Shown: piece by piece, positions 16,917-25,430 of the stretch
How the letters are laid out: each line of letters begins with the position of its first letter
Position numbering within the stretch: the first letter of the stretch is position 1
NCBI GenBank assembly: GCA_963843975.1
Contig: CAWJMG010000003.1
Coordinates: forward strand, 2,250,001 to 2,282,000
From: an uncultured Actinomycetes bacterium
GTDB taxonomy: Bacteria > Actinomycetota > Actinomycetes > S36-B12 > CAIYMF01
Direction: 5' to 3'
DNA: 32,000 nucleotides
Translations under genes and position numbers: made by a program
The notes under the pieces: model-generated
Told to the model about the DNA's origin: nothing
Seen by the model: only the letters and a program-made list of their open reading frames with translations
Databases searched by the model: none

Positions 16917-17441
16917 TTACGCGCGCTCGTAGCGGCGGTTGAGCATGCCGCTGGGGAAGGCCTGCGAGTCGACGAGACGCAGCGGCGTGCTCGTGCCGAT
17001 GCGGTGGAACAGCGGGCGGCCGGAGCCCAGCAGGACCGGCACGCTCGTGAGCGTGAGGTCGTCGACCAGTCCGGCCTCGAGGAACTGGCTGATCAGGTGG
17101 CCGCCGTCGACGTACACGTGCGTGATCCCCGCCGCCTCCCACTCCGCCACGGCCTCGCGCGGAGTGCGCGCCCAGAACGTGAAGTGCTCGCGCGGCTCGA
17201 AGGTCTGCGAGCTGAAGACGTAGATCGGGCGCTCGCCGTACGGCAGCTCGGTGAAGCCCTTGATGAAGTCGTACGAGCCGCGCCCCATCGCGACGGCGTC
17301 GACGTCGGACATGAACGCCTCGTAGCCGTAGTCCTCGCCGTCGGGGGCGGCGGCGAACAGCCAGTCGAGGCTGTCGTCGTCGGTCGCGATGTAGCCGTCG
17401 ACCGAGTGCGCGATGAAGACCGAGATGCGTGGCCGGGTCAT
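16917..17441 (-). CDS. Dihydrofolate-reductase-like protein (RibD C-terminal domain family)
   Basis: Track ORF of 174 aa. The sequence ISVFIAHSVDGYIATDDDSLDWL...MGRGSY...VDGGHLISQFLEAGLVDDLTLTSVPVLLGSGRPLF is typical of the RibD_C / DHFR-like reductase family. Confidence 0.85.
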   Translation of the reverse strand: MTRPRISVFIAHSVDGYIATDDDSLDWLFAAAPDGEDYGYEAFMSDVDAVAMGRGSYDFIKGFTELPYGERPIYVFSSQTFEPREHFTFWARTPREAVAEWEAAGITHVYVDGGHLISQFLEAGLVDDLTLTSVPVLLGSGRPLFHRIGTSTPLRLVDSQAFPSGMLNRRYERA

Positions 17442-17481
17442 GACGCGACGCTAACCCCGTGCGGCGACGTCGGGAAGCGCG

Positions 17482-18510
17482 TCAGCGGAAGACGGATCGG
17501 CGCTGGACGAGCAGCCGGTAGAGCGACTGCTGGATCGACTCGCGGACCTGGTCGGTGATGTTGAAGACCAGCATCGGGTCGTCGGCGGCGCCGTCAGGGT
17601 AGTGGTCGGTCATGATCGGCTCGCCGAACTCGATGATCCACTTGCTCGGCAGCGGCACGAGGCCGAGCGGCCCGAGCCAGGGGAACGTCGGCGTGATCGG
17701 GAAGTACGGCAGGCCGAACAGTCGGGCGAGGGTCTTGGCGTCGCCGAGGATCGGGTAGATCTCCTCGGCACCCACGATGGCGCACGGGACGATCGGCGTA
17801 CGGGTGCGGAGCGCCGTCGCGACGAAGCCGCCGCGGCCGAAGCGCTGGAGCTTGTAGCGCTCGGAGTAGGGCTTGCCGATGCCCTTGAACCCCTCGGGCC
17901 ACACGCCGACGATCTCGCCGGTCGACAGCAGCCGCTCGGCGTCCGGGTTGCACGCGAGGGTCGCGCCGGACTTGCGGGCGATCTCGCCCATGAACGGCGT
18001 CTGGAACACCAGGTTGGCGCCGAGCATGCGCAGCTTGCGGTGCGCGGGGTGGTGGTCGTGCAGCGCGAGCTGGGTCATCACCGAGTCGAGCGCGATCGTG
18101 CCGGAGTGGTTGGCGACGACGAGCGCACCACCCTCGGACGGGACGTTCTCGATCCCGCGCGTCTCGACGCGGAACCACTTCTCGTAGAGCGGTCGCAGCG
18201 GCGCCATGAAGACGCGGTCGGTGAGCTCGGCGTCGAAGCCGAAGTCGTCGAGCTCGTACTCGCCCGTCACGCGGCGGCGCAGGAAGTCCAGCCACTCGGC
18301 GATGTTCTCGTCCAGGCGCGACGGCGAACCGTCGACGTCGTGGTCGTCGTCGTCGGATGGCATCGAGGCGGCTGGATCGGGCTCGACCGGCGTGACCGGG
18401 CGCTTGACCTTGGGGCGCGGCCCGGTGGCGCCGGCCTGACGGGCGGCACGGGACGCCGCCTTGCGGGCGCCGTCGTCGCCGCCGATGGGGATGACCGTTG
18501 CGTCAGGCAC
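17482..18510 (-). CDS. Lysophospholipid/1-acyl-glycerol-3-phosphate acyltransferase family protein
   Basis: Track ORF of 342 aa. It has an acidic, disordered N-terminus followed by a PlsC-type acyltransferase domain (VVANHSGTIALDS, VWPEGFKG, IVPCAIVGAEE). Its start overlaps the upstream epimerase stop by 8 nt. Confidence 0.85.
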   Translation of the reverse strand: MPDATVIPIGGDDGARKAASRAARQAGATGPRPKVKRPVTPVEPDPAASMPSDDDDHDVDGSPSRLDENIAEWLDFLRRRVTGEYELDDFGFDAELTDRVFMAPLRPLYEKWFRVETRGIENVPSEGGALVVANHSGTIALDSVMTQLALHDHHPAHRKLRMLGANLVFQTPFMGEIARKSGATLACNPDAERLLSTGEIVGVWPEGFKGIGKPYSERYKLQRFGRGGFVATALRTRTPIVPCAIVGAEEIYPILGDAKTLARLFGLPYFPITPTFPWLGPLGLVPLPSKWIIEFGEPIMTDHYPDGAADDPMLVFNITDQVRESIQQSLYRLLVQRRSVFR

Positions 18511-19585
18511 GACCGGGTGCCTCCTTCCGGAGCCGCGCGGCGAGCCGCGCCTCGGACAGGGTCGAGGTGCCGAGCGCGTGCGCGAGGCCGCGCTCGATGG
18601 CCTCGGCCTGGTGCTTGGGCAGCTGGTGGTCGAGGCCGCGCTCGTGGACGAACTCGACGAACGCGTCCTCGGTGGAGTACGTCGGGGTGAACCCGAGCAC
18701 GTCGCGCATGCGCGTGGTGTCGAGGCCGCGGCCGTACGTGAGGAACTTGATCTGCTCCGGCGAGAAGTCGGCGAGCCCGGCCCGGCGGAACCAGCCTCCG
18801 ACCGTGCCGACGAGCGGAGTGGGCACCGGCAGCACGGTCTTGCCCGCGAGGCGCAGGGCCTGGCTGAGCATGAGGATGCCGCCGCCCGCCACGTTGAAGA
18901 TGCCGGGCTTGTCGCCGAGCACCGCGATGCGGATCGCCTCGAGGCCGTCGTCCTCGTGCACGAACTGCAGCCGGGCGTCGTGGCCGAGCACGGTCGGCAC
19001 GACCGGCAGCCCGAAGTACGCCGCCATGGGGGTGTCGACCTTCGGGCCGATGAAGTTCGCGAACCGCAGCGTCGTGACGGCGACGTCCGGCCGACGGCGG
19101 GCGAACCCGCGCACGTACGACTCGACCTCGACGGAGTCCTTGGCCCAGCCCGAGCGCGGCTGGCTCTTGGGCTCGGTGTCCTCGGTGAACAGGGCCGGGT
19201 CCTTCGGACCGGCGCCGTAGATCGACGACGTCGACTTCACGACGAGCCTGGAGACGCCCTCGGCCTTCTGGCACGCGGCGAGCAGCTGCATCGTGCCGAT
19301 GACGTTGATCTCCTTCATCGACACCCGGCCGCCCGCCTGCACCGGCGTCGAGATGACGCCCATGTGCACCACGGTGTCGACGCCGGCGGCGGCGATGACC
19401 TTGCCGATGATCGGGTTGCGGATGTCGGCGCGGACGAACTCCGCTCCCCCGATGTCCGAGCGCGGCGGGATCACGTCGACGCCGACCACGCGGTCGATCG
19501 CCGGGTCGTGGGACAGGATCCGGGCCATGCGGCTGCCGAGGTGGCGCGAGACGCCCGTGACGAGCACGACGCGTGGCATGGGCAC
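18503..19585 (-). CDS. NAD-dependent epimerase/dehydratase family protein (GalE2-like)
   Basis: Track ORF of 360 aa with a Rossmann motif (VVLVTGVSRHLGSRMA) and an extended SDR fold. From memory, the pairing with the downstream acyltransferase resembles Rv0501/Rv0502. Confidence 0.85.
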   Translation of the reverse strand: MPMPRVVLVTGVSRHLGSRMARILSHDPAIDRVVGVDVIPPRSDIGGAEFVRADIRNPIIGKVIAAAGVDTVVHMGVISTPVQAGGRVSMKEINVIGTMQLLAACQKAEGVSRLVVKSTSSIYGAGPKDPALFTEDTEPKSQPRSGWAKDSVEVESYVRGFARRRPDVAVTTLRFANFIGPKVDTPMAAYFGLPVVPTVLGHDARLQFVHEDDGLEAIRIAVLGDKPGIFNVAGGGILMLSQALRLAGKTVLPVPTPLVGTVGGWFRRAGLADFSPEQIKFLTYGRGLDTTRMRDVLGFTPTYSTEDAFVEFVHERGLDHQLPKHQAEAIERGLAHALGTSTLSEARLAARLRKEAPGRA

Positions 19586-19660
19586 TCCCTCCGACTCCCC
19601 GGCTACCGACCGGTAGCCACGGCCCCATCCTGCCTCACCGGGCCTCCCCCGGGCAGCACG

Positions 19661-19690
19661 ACGGGCGGGGACCCGGAGGTCCCCGCCCGT
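19661..19690 (-). terminator. Strong GC hairpin downstream of the bS22 gene (putative intrinsic terminator)
   Basis: ACGGGCGGGGAC (19661-19672) and GTCCCCGCCCGT (19679-19690) form a perfect 12-bp stem with a 6-nt loop. The hairpin begins 16 nt after the bS22 stop codon on the minus strand. Confidence 0.55.
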
Positions 19691-19705
19691 CGAGAGCTGT
19701 ACGAG

Positions 19706-19804
19706 CTACTTCTTGTTACGACGCTGAACGCGCGTCTTCTTGAGCAGCTTGCGGTGCTTCTTCTTCGCCATGCGCTTGCGGCGCTTCTTGATCACGGAGC
19801 CCAT
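19706..19804 (-). CDS. Small ribosomal subunit protein bS22 (32 aa, Rv0500B-type)
   Basis: Too short for the ORF track. Manual codon-by-codon translation gives [32 protein letters not shown] followed by a stop (TAG at 19708-19706). This is almost identical to the actinobacterial bS22 peptide as I recall it. GAGG lies about 9 nt upstream of the ATG. The gene sits in the conserved position between the HTH gene and the epimerase gene. Confidence 0.85.
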   Translation of the reverse strand: MGSVIKKRRKRMAKKKHRKLLKKTRVQRRNKK

Positions 19805-19961
19805 GGGGCGACCTCACTGTTCCGGACTGCGTAGCCGATCCCGGCTTCCGCGAAAGGAGATGGCGCACGGGGTGCCGCACGCGACCGAGTCACACCCTAC
19901 CTTCCGCGGCGGGGTGCCTGTGCCGGGCCTCCGTGCAGGGGGCCCCGGCAGGGCCCGCGGG

Positions 19962-20165
19962 TCAGGCCGTCTCGACGAAGGAGTCGCGCAGGTAGTCGTG
20001 CACGGCCTGCTCCGGGACGCGGAAGGACCGTCCGACGCGCACGGCCGGCAGCTCGCCGTTGTGCACGAGGCGGTAGACGGTCATCTTCGAGACGCGCATG
20101 ACGGTGGCCACCTCGGCCACGGTCAGGAAACGGACCTCGGACAGAGGTCGGTCGGTGCCAGCCAT
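19962..20165 (-). CDS. Excisionase-family helix-turn-helix DNA-binding protein (Rv0500A-like)
   Basis: This is the C-terminal 67 aa of track ORF 19962..20411. The start is ATG at 20165 with GAGGGA 6 nt upstream. The sequence LTVAEVATVMRVSKMTVYRLVHNGELPAVRVGRSFRV is the MerR/excisionase-type HTH_17 pattern. Confidence 0.85.
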   Translation of the reverse strand: MAGTDRPLSEVRFLTVAEVATVMRVSKMTVYRLVHNGELPAVRVGRSFRVPEQAVHDYLRDSFVETA

Positions 20166-20355
20166 GGTTGTTCCCTCACACAGCACGTGGCGGGACCGGC
20201 TTCCCCACCGCACCCGCGACGACACGCGCTGTGACTCTCTGGGGCGAGGGTAGTGGCGGACGGGACTCGTGGGGAAGGTGGGACGAAACTCTCCGCTCAC
20301 GACGTCACCCGGACGGGTCAGGGGCGCGGCGAGCCGTGCTTGACGGCAGGCGCCC

Positions 20356-21549
20356 TCAGAACCCGTGGTACGGGTCCGCGTTGAGGCCGTGCCACGGGAA
20401 GACGGCCTCACGGGTGCGCAGGACCGCCGCGTCGATCGCGTCCGACGGGTCGTAGCCGGACTCCCACGAGCGGGTCCTCGGCGTGGAGCCGTCGGTCATG
20501 AGAGCCGGGGTCGGCACCTTGAGCCGCGACTCGACGAAGTCGCGCCAGACGGCCGGCAGGGGGGTCTCGGGCGGCACCGGAGCGCCGACGACCTCGCCGA
20601 TCAGGTGCGACCACGCCCGCGGGACGACGTCCACCCAGCTGTAGCCGCCTCCGCCGAGCGCCACCCAGCGGCCGTCGCAGATCTCGTGGGCGAGCGCGTG
20701 CAGCGCGGCGTAGCTGGCCCGCTGGCCGTCCACCGACAGCTCGAGGTGGGCGAGCGGGTCCTCGGCGTGGGAGTCGCAGCCCTGCTGGGTCACGAGGATC
20801 TGCGGCGCGAAGCTGCGCAGCAGCTGGGGGACGACGCCGTCGAAGGCGCGCAGCCAGCCGTCGTCGCCCGTGTGCGGGGGCAGTGCGATGTTGGCGGCGT
20901 AGCCGAGGGCGTTCGGGCCGCCGACCTCGCTCGGATAGCCCGTCCCGGGGAAGAGGGCGCGGCCCGACTCGTGCACGGAGATCGTGAGCACGCGGGGGTC
21001 GTCCCAGAACGCGGCCTGGACGCCGTCGCCGTGATGCACGTCGACGTCGACGTACGCCACCCGCTCGACGCCGTTGTCGAGCAGCCACTGGATGCCGACG
21101 GCGATGTCGTTGTAGACGCAGAAGCCCGATGCCGCACCGGGCATGGCGTGGTGCAGGCCGCCGGCGAGGTTGACGGCGTGCAGAGCAGCACCGGAGTGCA
21201 CGGCCTGCACGGCGGCGAGCGTGGCGCCGCAGACGGCCCGCGAGGCCTCGTGCATCCCGACGAACGTGGGCACGTCGTCGGTGCCGAGGCCGCGGTGCAG
21301 GTCGACGTGCGACGGATCGGCCGAGGACCGCTTCACGGCAGCCAGGAAGTCGGGGTCGTGCACCGTCAGCAGGTCGTCGTCGTCGATCACGACCGGCGGC
21401 ACCACGGTGACGTTGTCGCCGTCGATGAGGCCGAGGTCGCGCGCGAGGCGCATGGCGAGCTGCACGCGGATCGGCGCGAGCGGGTGCCCGACGCCGAAGT
21501 CGTACTTCGCGAGCCCGTCGTCCCAGACGACGGCTGCGGAGCCCGTCAC
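20356..21549 (-). CDS. Histone-deacetylase-family protein (acetoin utilization AcuC-like deacetylase)
   Basis: Track ORF of 397 aa with a GTG start 4 nt after the proC stop. HDAC catalytic blocks are present (GGLHHAMPGAASGFCVYND, VDVDVHHGDGVQ, GGGGYS). Confidence 0.85.
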   Translation of the reverse strand: MTGSAAVVWDDGLAKYDFGVGHPLAPIRVQLAMRLARDLGLIDGDNVTVVPPVVIDDDDLLTVHDPDFLAAVKRSSADPSHVDLHRGLGTDDVPTFVGMHEASRAVCGATLAAVQAVHSGAALHAVNLAGGLHHAMPGAASGFCVYNDIAVGIQWLLDNGVERVAYVDVDVHHGDGVQAAFWDDPRVLTISVHESGRALFPGTGYPSEVGGPNALGYAANIALPPHTGDDGWLRAFDGVVPQLLRSFAPQILVTQQGCDSHAEDPLAHLELSVDGQRASYAALHALAHEICDGRWVALGGGGYSWVDVVPRAWSHLIGEVVGAPVPPETPLPAVWRDFVESRLKVPTPALMTDGSTPRTRSWESGYDPSDAIDAAVLRTREAVFPWHGLNADPYHGF

Positions 21550-21553
21550 GGGG

Positions 21554-22357
21554 TCACTGGCCCGACGCGAGCTCGTGGCTGCGGTCGCGTGCCGCCTCCA
21601 GGGCGGAGATGAAGGCCGCGCGCACCTTGTGGTCGTCCAGCGTTCGCAGCGCAGCCACGGTGGTGCCGCCCGGCGAGGTGACGTTCTCCCGCAGCACGCT
21701 CGGGTGGTCCCCGGTCTCGCGCAGCATGGTGGCGGCGCCGTACAGCGTCTGGACGACGAGCTCGGTGGCGGTGGTGCGGGGCAGGCCGAGGAACACGCCC
21801 GCCTCGATCATCGCCTCGGTCACGTAGAAGATGTACGCCGGCCCGGAGCCGCTGATCGCCGTCACGGCGTCCTGGTGCTTCTCGGGCACCTGGACGACCT
21901 TGCCCACCGCCGACAGGAGCGACTCGGCGTGCGCGAGGTGCTCGTCGTCGCAGTGCGCGCCGGGGGAGATCGCGGCCATGCCCTGGTCGACGAGGGCGGG
22001 GGTGTTGGGCATGACGCGCACGACCGGGGTGCCGGCCGGGAGCCGCTGCTCGAGGAACTCGGTCGTGATGCCGGCCGCCAGGGACACGACGAGGGCTCCG
22101 GGCTTGACCGAGCCCGCGATCTCGTCGACGACCGCGCCCATGTCCTGGGGCTTCACGACGAGCACGACGGTGTCGGCGCGCTCGACGGCCTCGACGTTGC
22201 CGATCACCTCGACGCCGTACTTCTCGCGCAGCTCTGCGGCACGGTCGGGGCGGCGCTCGGCGACCACGAGGTCGCCCGGGGCGCGGCCGGCGCGCAGGAG
22301 CCCGGACAGCAGGGTCTCCCCCATGACGCCAGCGCCGATGACGGCGACGAGTCCCAT
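21554..22357 (-). CDS. proC: Pyrroline-5-carboxylate reductase
   Basis: This is the C-terminal 267 aa of track ORF 21554..22822. The start is ATG at 22357, 5 nt after the upstream stop, with AAGGG upstream. It has the Rossmann motif VAVIGAGVMGETL, then MPNTPALV and the C-terminal SPGGTT motif. Confidence 0.93.
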   Translation of the reverse strand: MGLVAVIGAGVMGETLLSGLLRAGRAPGDLVVAERRPDRAAELREKYGVEVIGNVEAVERADTVVLVVKPQDMGAVVDEIAGSVKPGALVVSLAAGITTEFLEQRLPAGTPVVRVMPNTPALVDQGMAAISPGAHCDDEHLAHAESLLSAVGKVVQVPEKHQDAVTAISGSGPAYIFYVTEAMIEAGVFLGLPRTTATELVVQTLYGAATMLRETGDHPSVLRENVTSPGGTTVAALRTLDDHKVRAAFISALEAARDRSHELASGQ

Positions 22358-22362
22358 GATGG

Positions 22363-23292
22363 TCAGCCCTTCGAGGTGAGTGCGCGCGCGAGCAGGGTCA
22401 GGTTGGCAGGTCGCTCCGCGAGGCGGCGCACCAGGTAGCCGTACCACTCGTCGCCGTACGGGACGTAGACGCGCATGCGGTTGCCCTCGGCGGCGAGACG
22501 CAGCTGCTCGTCGGGCCGGACGCCGTAGAGCATCTGGTACTCGAACGTGCTGCGGGCGCGGTCGTTGCGGATGGCGAGCGCCTCGACGATGTCGACCAGT
22601 CGCGGGTCGTGCGTGGCGAACATCGGGTAGCCGTCGCCCTGGATCAGGATCTTGGCGCAGCGCACGTACGCCTTGTCGACCTCGGCGCGCTCCTGGTAGG
22701 CCACGGTCTCCGGCTCGCGGTACGCGCCCTTGCAGAGGCGGATGCGCGAGCCCTCGCCCGCGAGGTCGCGGCAGTCGGACTCGGTACGGCGGAGGTAGGC
22801 CTGCAGCACGCCCCCCACCCACGGGAAGTCGACACGAAGATCGCGCAGGATCCCCAGGGTGGAGTCGGTGGTGGTGTGGTCCTCCATGTCGAGTGTGACC
22901 GTGGTGCCGACCTCGGACGCCTTCGTGCAGATGTCGCGCGCGAACTCCAGCGCGATCTTCTCGCCGTCGCCGGGGAGTGCCTGGCCGACCGCCGAGAGCT
23001 TCACGGACACCTCGGCGGAGGCCGTGAGGCCGGCCGCGGAGAGAGCCTCGAGCAGCACGAGGTAGGCGTCGCGCGTGGCCTCGGCCTGCGAGCGGTCCGT
23101 GGTGTCCTCGCCGAGCCGGTCGATCGTGACGAGCCTGCCGGAGCCGGCGAGGTCGGCCGTCGCCCTGACGGCGTCCTCGGTGCGCTCGCCGGCGACGAAC
23201 CGGTCGACGAGGGCGCGTGCCGGAGCCGCATCGCTCGCGAGCTGCTGGAGCTTCTCGTTCCGCGACGCGGACAGAAGCAGGCTGCGCAGCAC
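22363..23292 (-). CDS. Proline dehydrogenase (monofunctional PRODH, FAD TIM barrel)
   Basis: Track ORF of 309 aa with a GTG start and GAGGAG 5 nt upstream. It has the typical PRODH blocks (VSVKLSAVG, TVTLDMEDHTTTD, RLCKGAY, ATHD, FEYQMLYG, VYVPYG). Confidence 0.88.
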   Translation of the reverse strand: MLRSLLLSASRNEKLQQLASDAAPARALVDRFVAGERTEDAVRATADLAGSGRLVTIDRLGEDTTDRSQAEATRDAYLVLLEALSAAGLTASAEVSVKLSAVGQALPGDGEKIALEFARDICTKASEVGTTVTLDMEDHTTTDSTLGILRDLRVDFPWVGGVLQAYLRRTESDCRDLAGEGSRIRLCKGAYREPETVAYQERAEVDKAYVRCAKILIQGDGYPMFATHDPRLVDIVEALAIRNDRARSTFEYQMLYGVRPDEQLRLAAEGNRMRVYVPYGDEWYGYLVRRLAERPANLTLLARALTSKG

Positions 23293-23404
23293 CGTCGACT
23301 CCTCACCGGCGACCGACGTCGGCCACCCTGCTCGTCAGGCTACTCGGAGCGGGGCGGCCGACGTCGTGGTGATCCGGTCCGGCTGCGCGGCACGATGCCC
23401 GGTG

Positions 23405-23911
23405 TCAGCGGCTGTCGCGCTTGGCCTGGCGACGGGCGCCGGTCGCGAGGGTGGAGGCGTTCTTCTTCGCGACCGCTGACGAGTCGTTGCGCGTGCGCTT
23501 CGTGGCCGGGGTGGCGGCAGCGGCACGGCCCTTGGCGGGCGCCTTGGCGATGGCCGGGGTGCCCTCGCCGCGGGCGGCGGCGATGCGCTCCGCCTTGAGC
23601 TCGGCCGCAGACTTGCGGGCGGCGGCGGCGAGCGCGGTGCTCACGCGGGCCAGCGCGTCCTCGAACACCTCGGCCTTGTCGCGGGCCCGCTGGTTCTGCT
23701 GGCTGGCCTTGCCGCGGCCACCCTTGGCCCCGACCTTCGTGGCGCCGCCACGGCGGTACTGGCCGACGTACTTGCCGCGCGCGCGACGGATGCGGTCGTG
23801 CAGCGCAGCCAGACCGTCCTCGTCGAGTTGGGCGAGCTCGGACTTCTCGGTCTCGAGGACGAGCAGCCGCTCGGCCTCGGTGAGAATGCTCAGCTGGCGC
23901 TTGTCGACCAC
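23405..23911 (-). CDS. Hypothetical protein, 168 aa: helical acidic N-terminal part followed by a Lys/Arg/Ala-rich, probably disordered tail
   Basis: Track ORF with a GTG start and AAGGGAG 4 nt upstream. Manual codon reading shows G/C at almost every third position, as in the confirmed genes. The two overlapping alternative-frame track ORFs have off-frame Arg/Gly/Pro or Ser/Ala/Arg composition. I recognise no family. Confidence 0.6.
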   Translation of the reverse strand: MVDKRQLSILTEAERLLVLETEKSELAQLDEDGLAALHDRIRRARGKYVGQYRRGGATKVGAKGGRGKASQQNQRARDKAEVFEDALARVSTALAAAARKSAAELKAERIAAARGEGTPAIAKAPAKGRAAAATPATKRTRNDSSAVAKKNASTLATGARRQAKRDSR

Positions 23912-23999
23912 GACGTGCTCCCTTCACCCCCGGCCTCTCTGACCGGTGCTCCCCAGAACCCTGCCGTACGAGCTGCCTCACCGCCATTCCCCGACGGTG

Positions 24000-24599
24000 T
24001 CAGTGGCCTGCGCTCTGCGCCTTCGTGGGCGTCGTGGGCGTCGTGAGCGCGGCCTGCACCGCGGGCGCGACGAGCGCGACGATCTCGTCCTCGGTGGCCG
24101 AGGCGATCGGCTCGATCTTCAGCACGTAGCGCATGCTCGCGATGCCGAGCAGGTACGACGTGGCGAGCGAGACCCGCATCCGCGCGTCGGGCACGCCGAG
24201 CACCGCGACGACGCGGTCGACGACGGCGCTCTCGAGGAACTCCCGCAGCGACGCCGTCGCCTTCGACGCCCCGGCGCCCGCGCGCACCATCTCGGCGAGC
24301 TGGTCGCGCGTCTCCGGGTCGTCGAGCATCCGCAGCGTGATGCGGACGAGCCGCTCGCCCAGGCCGTCGACGCCGGGCGCGAGCAGCTGCGCGATGGACG
24401 TGGCCGGGTCGAAGGGCAGACGCATCGCAGCCGCGAACAGCTGCTCCCTGTTGCGGTAGTAGCGCATCGCGACGTCGGGGGCGACGCCCGCCGCGGCCGC
24501 GACCCCCTTGATCGTGGTCTCGACGTACCCGCGCTTGCCGTACGCCGCGCGGGCGGCGTCGAGCAGCGCCTTGGACACGTCGTCGTACGGCGAGGTCAC
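24000..24599 (-). CDS. TetR family transcriptional regulator
   Basis: This is the C-terminal 199 aa of track ORF 24000..25187. The start is GTG at 24599, in a GTGA overlap with the upstream stop at 24596-24598. It has the N-terminal Tet[48 protein letters not shown]. Confidence 0.85.
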   Translation of the reverse strand: MTSPYDDVSKALLDAARAAYGKRGYVETTIKGVAAAAGVAPDVAMRYYRNREQLFAAAMRLPFDPATSIAQLLAPGVDGLGERLVRITLRMLDDPETRDQLAEMVRAGAGASKATASLREFLESAVVDRVVAVLGVPDARMRVSLATSYLLGIASMRYVLKIEPIASATEDEIVALVAPAVQAALTTPTTPTKAQSAGH

Positions 24600-25420
24600 G
24601 GCAGCACCTCCCGCGGGACGGAGGGCACGAACTCCTCGTCGACCCCGGACAGGTGGTGGCGCGCGAACGCGAGCGACTCCGCGAGGTCGATCTCGCGCTG
24701 CTCGCGCGTGGTCGCCTTGCGGGTGGAGATCTCCACGACGACCTGGCCGTCGAACCCGCGCTCGGCGAGGCCGCGCAGCACCTCGCCGCAGGGCTGGTTG
24801 CCGCGACCCGGGACGAGGTGCTCGTCGCGGGTCGAGCCGGAGCCGTCGGCGAGGTGCAGGTGCACGAGCCGCTCGCCGAGGTCGTCGGCCATCTCGACCG
24901 CATCGCTCTGCGACACGGACGTGTGCGACAGGTCGAGGGTCGTGTGCAGGTAGTCGTCGTTGCGCACGTCCCAGTCCGGCAGGTAGGCCATGAACTCCCG
25001 GCTCGCGGCCTTCCAGGGGTACATGTTCTCGACCGCGAACCGGACGTCGGTCTCGCTCTGCATCGCCTCGATGCCTGCCACGAAGTCGCGGGCGTAGTCG
25101 CGCTGCCAGCGGAAGGGAGGGTGCACCACCACGGTCTCGGCGCCCAGCAGCTCGGCAGCTGCCTGGGCGCGCTGCAGCTTGGGCCACGGCTCGGTGCCCC
25201 AGACCCGCTGGCTGACGAGCAGGCAGGGGGCATGGATCGACCGGATGGCGATGCCGTAGTGGTCGCGCAGACGCAGCAGCGCGGTCGGGTCCTGGCTCAC
25301 CGCATCGGTGAGCACCATGACCTCGAGGCCGTCGTAGCCGAGCCGTGCGGCCATCTCGAAGGCGGCCGCGGTCGACTCGGGGTAGGTCGACGCGGTCGAC
25401 AGAGTGACGACGGCGCTCAC
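24596..25420 (-). CDS. Sugar phosphate isomerase/epimerase (xylose-isomerase-like TIM barrel)
   Basis: From track ORF 24596..25456. The start is trimmed to GTG at 25420, because the sequence between the upstream stop and this GTG reads TGAGGATGGGCCT and provides a GAGGA Shine-Dalgarno. It has the AP_endonuc_2 pattern ([36 protein letters not shown]). Confidence 0.8.
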   Translation of the reverse strand: MSAVVTLSTASTYPESTAAAFEMAARLGYDGLEVMVLTDAVSQDPTALLRLRDHYGIAIRSIHAPCLLVSQRVWGTEPWPKLQRAQAAAELLGAETVVVHPPFRWQRDYARDFVAGIEAMQSETDVRFAVENMYPWKAASREFMAYLPDWDVRNDDYLHTTLDLSHTSVSQSDAVEMADDLGERLVHLHLADGSGSTRDEHLVPGRGNQPCGEVLRGLAERGFDGQVVVEISTRKATTREQREIDLAESLAFARHHLSGVDEEFVPSVPREVLP

Positions 25421-25430
25421 AGGCCCATCC

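Noticed and set aside
19940-19956. A GGGCCC-N5-GGGCCC mini-hairpin after the HTH gene stop, considered as a terminator.
   Set aside because: It is a 6-bp stem built from self-complementary hexamers with no U tract. The evidence is insufficient.
20166-20355. A 190-nt untranslated region upstream of the HTH gene, examined for a riboswitch or sRNA.
   Set aside because: I could not find a stable, extended secondary structure, a recognisable riboswitch core or a convincing promoter. Only weak, bulged GC pairings are present.
23340-23987. Alternative ORFs at the hypothetical-protein locus: 215 aa on the minus strand and 173 aa on the plus strand at 23421..23942.
   Set aside because: Their composition (R/G/P-rich and S/A/R-rich respectively) is typical of shifted or antisense frames. 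The 168-aa frame has the Shine-Dalgarno and the G/C third-position bias.
24024-24049. A 9-bp tandem repeat of about 2.9 copies (CGTGGGCGT CGTGGGCGT CGTGAGCG) at the 3' end of tetR.
   Set aside because: It simply encodes a short TTPTTPT linker in the C-terminal tail of the TetR protein. It is too short and too local to be a functional DNA repeat or CRISPR-like element.
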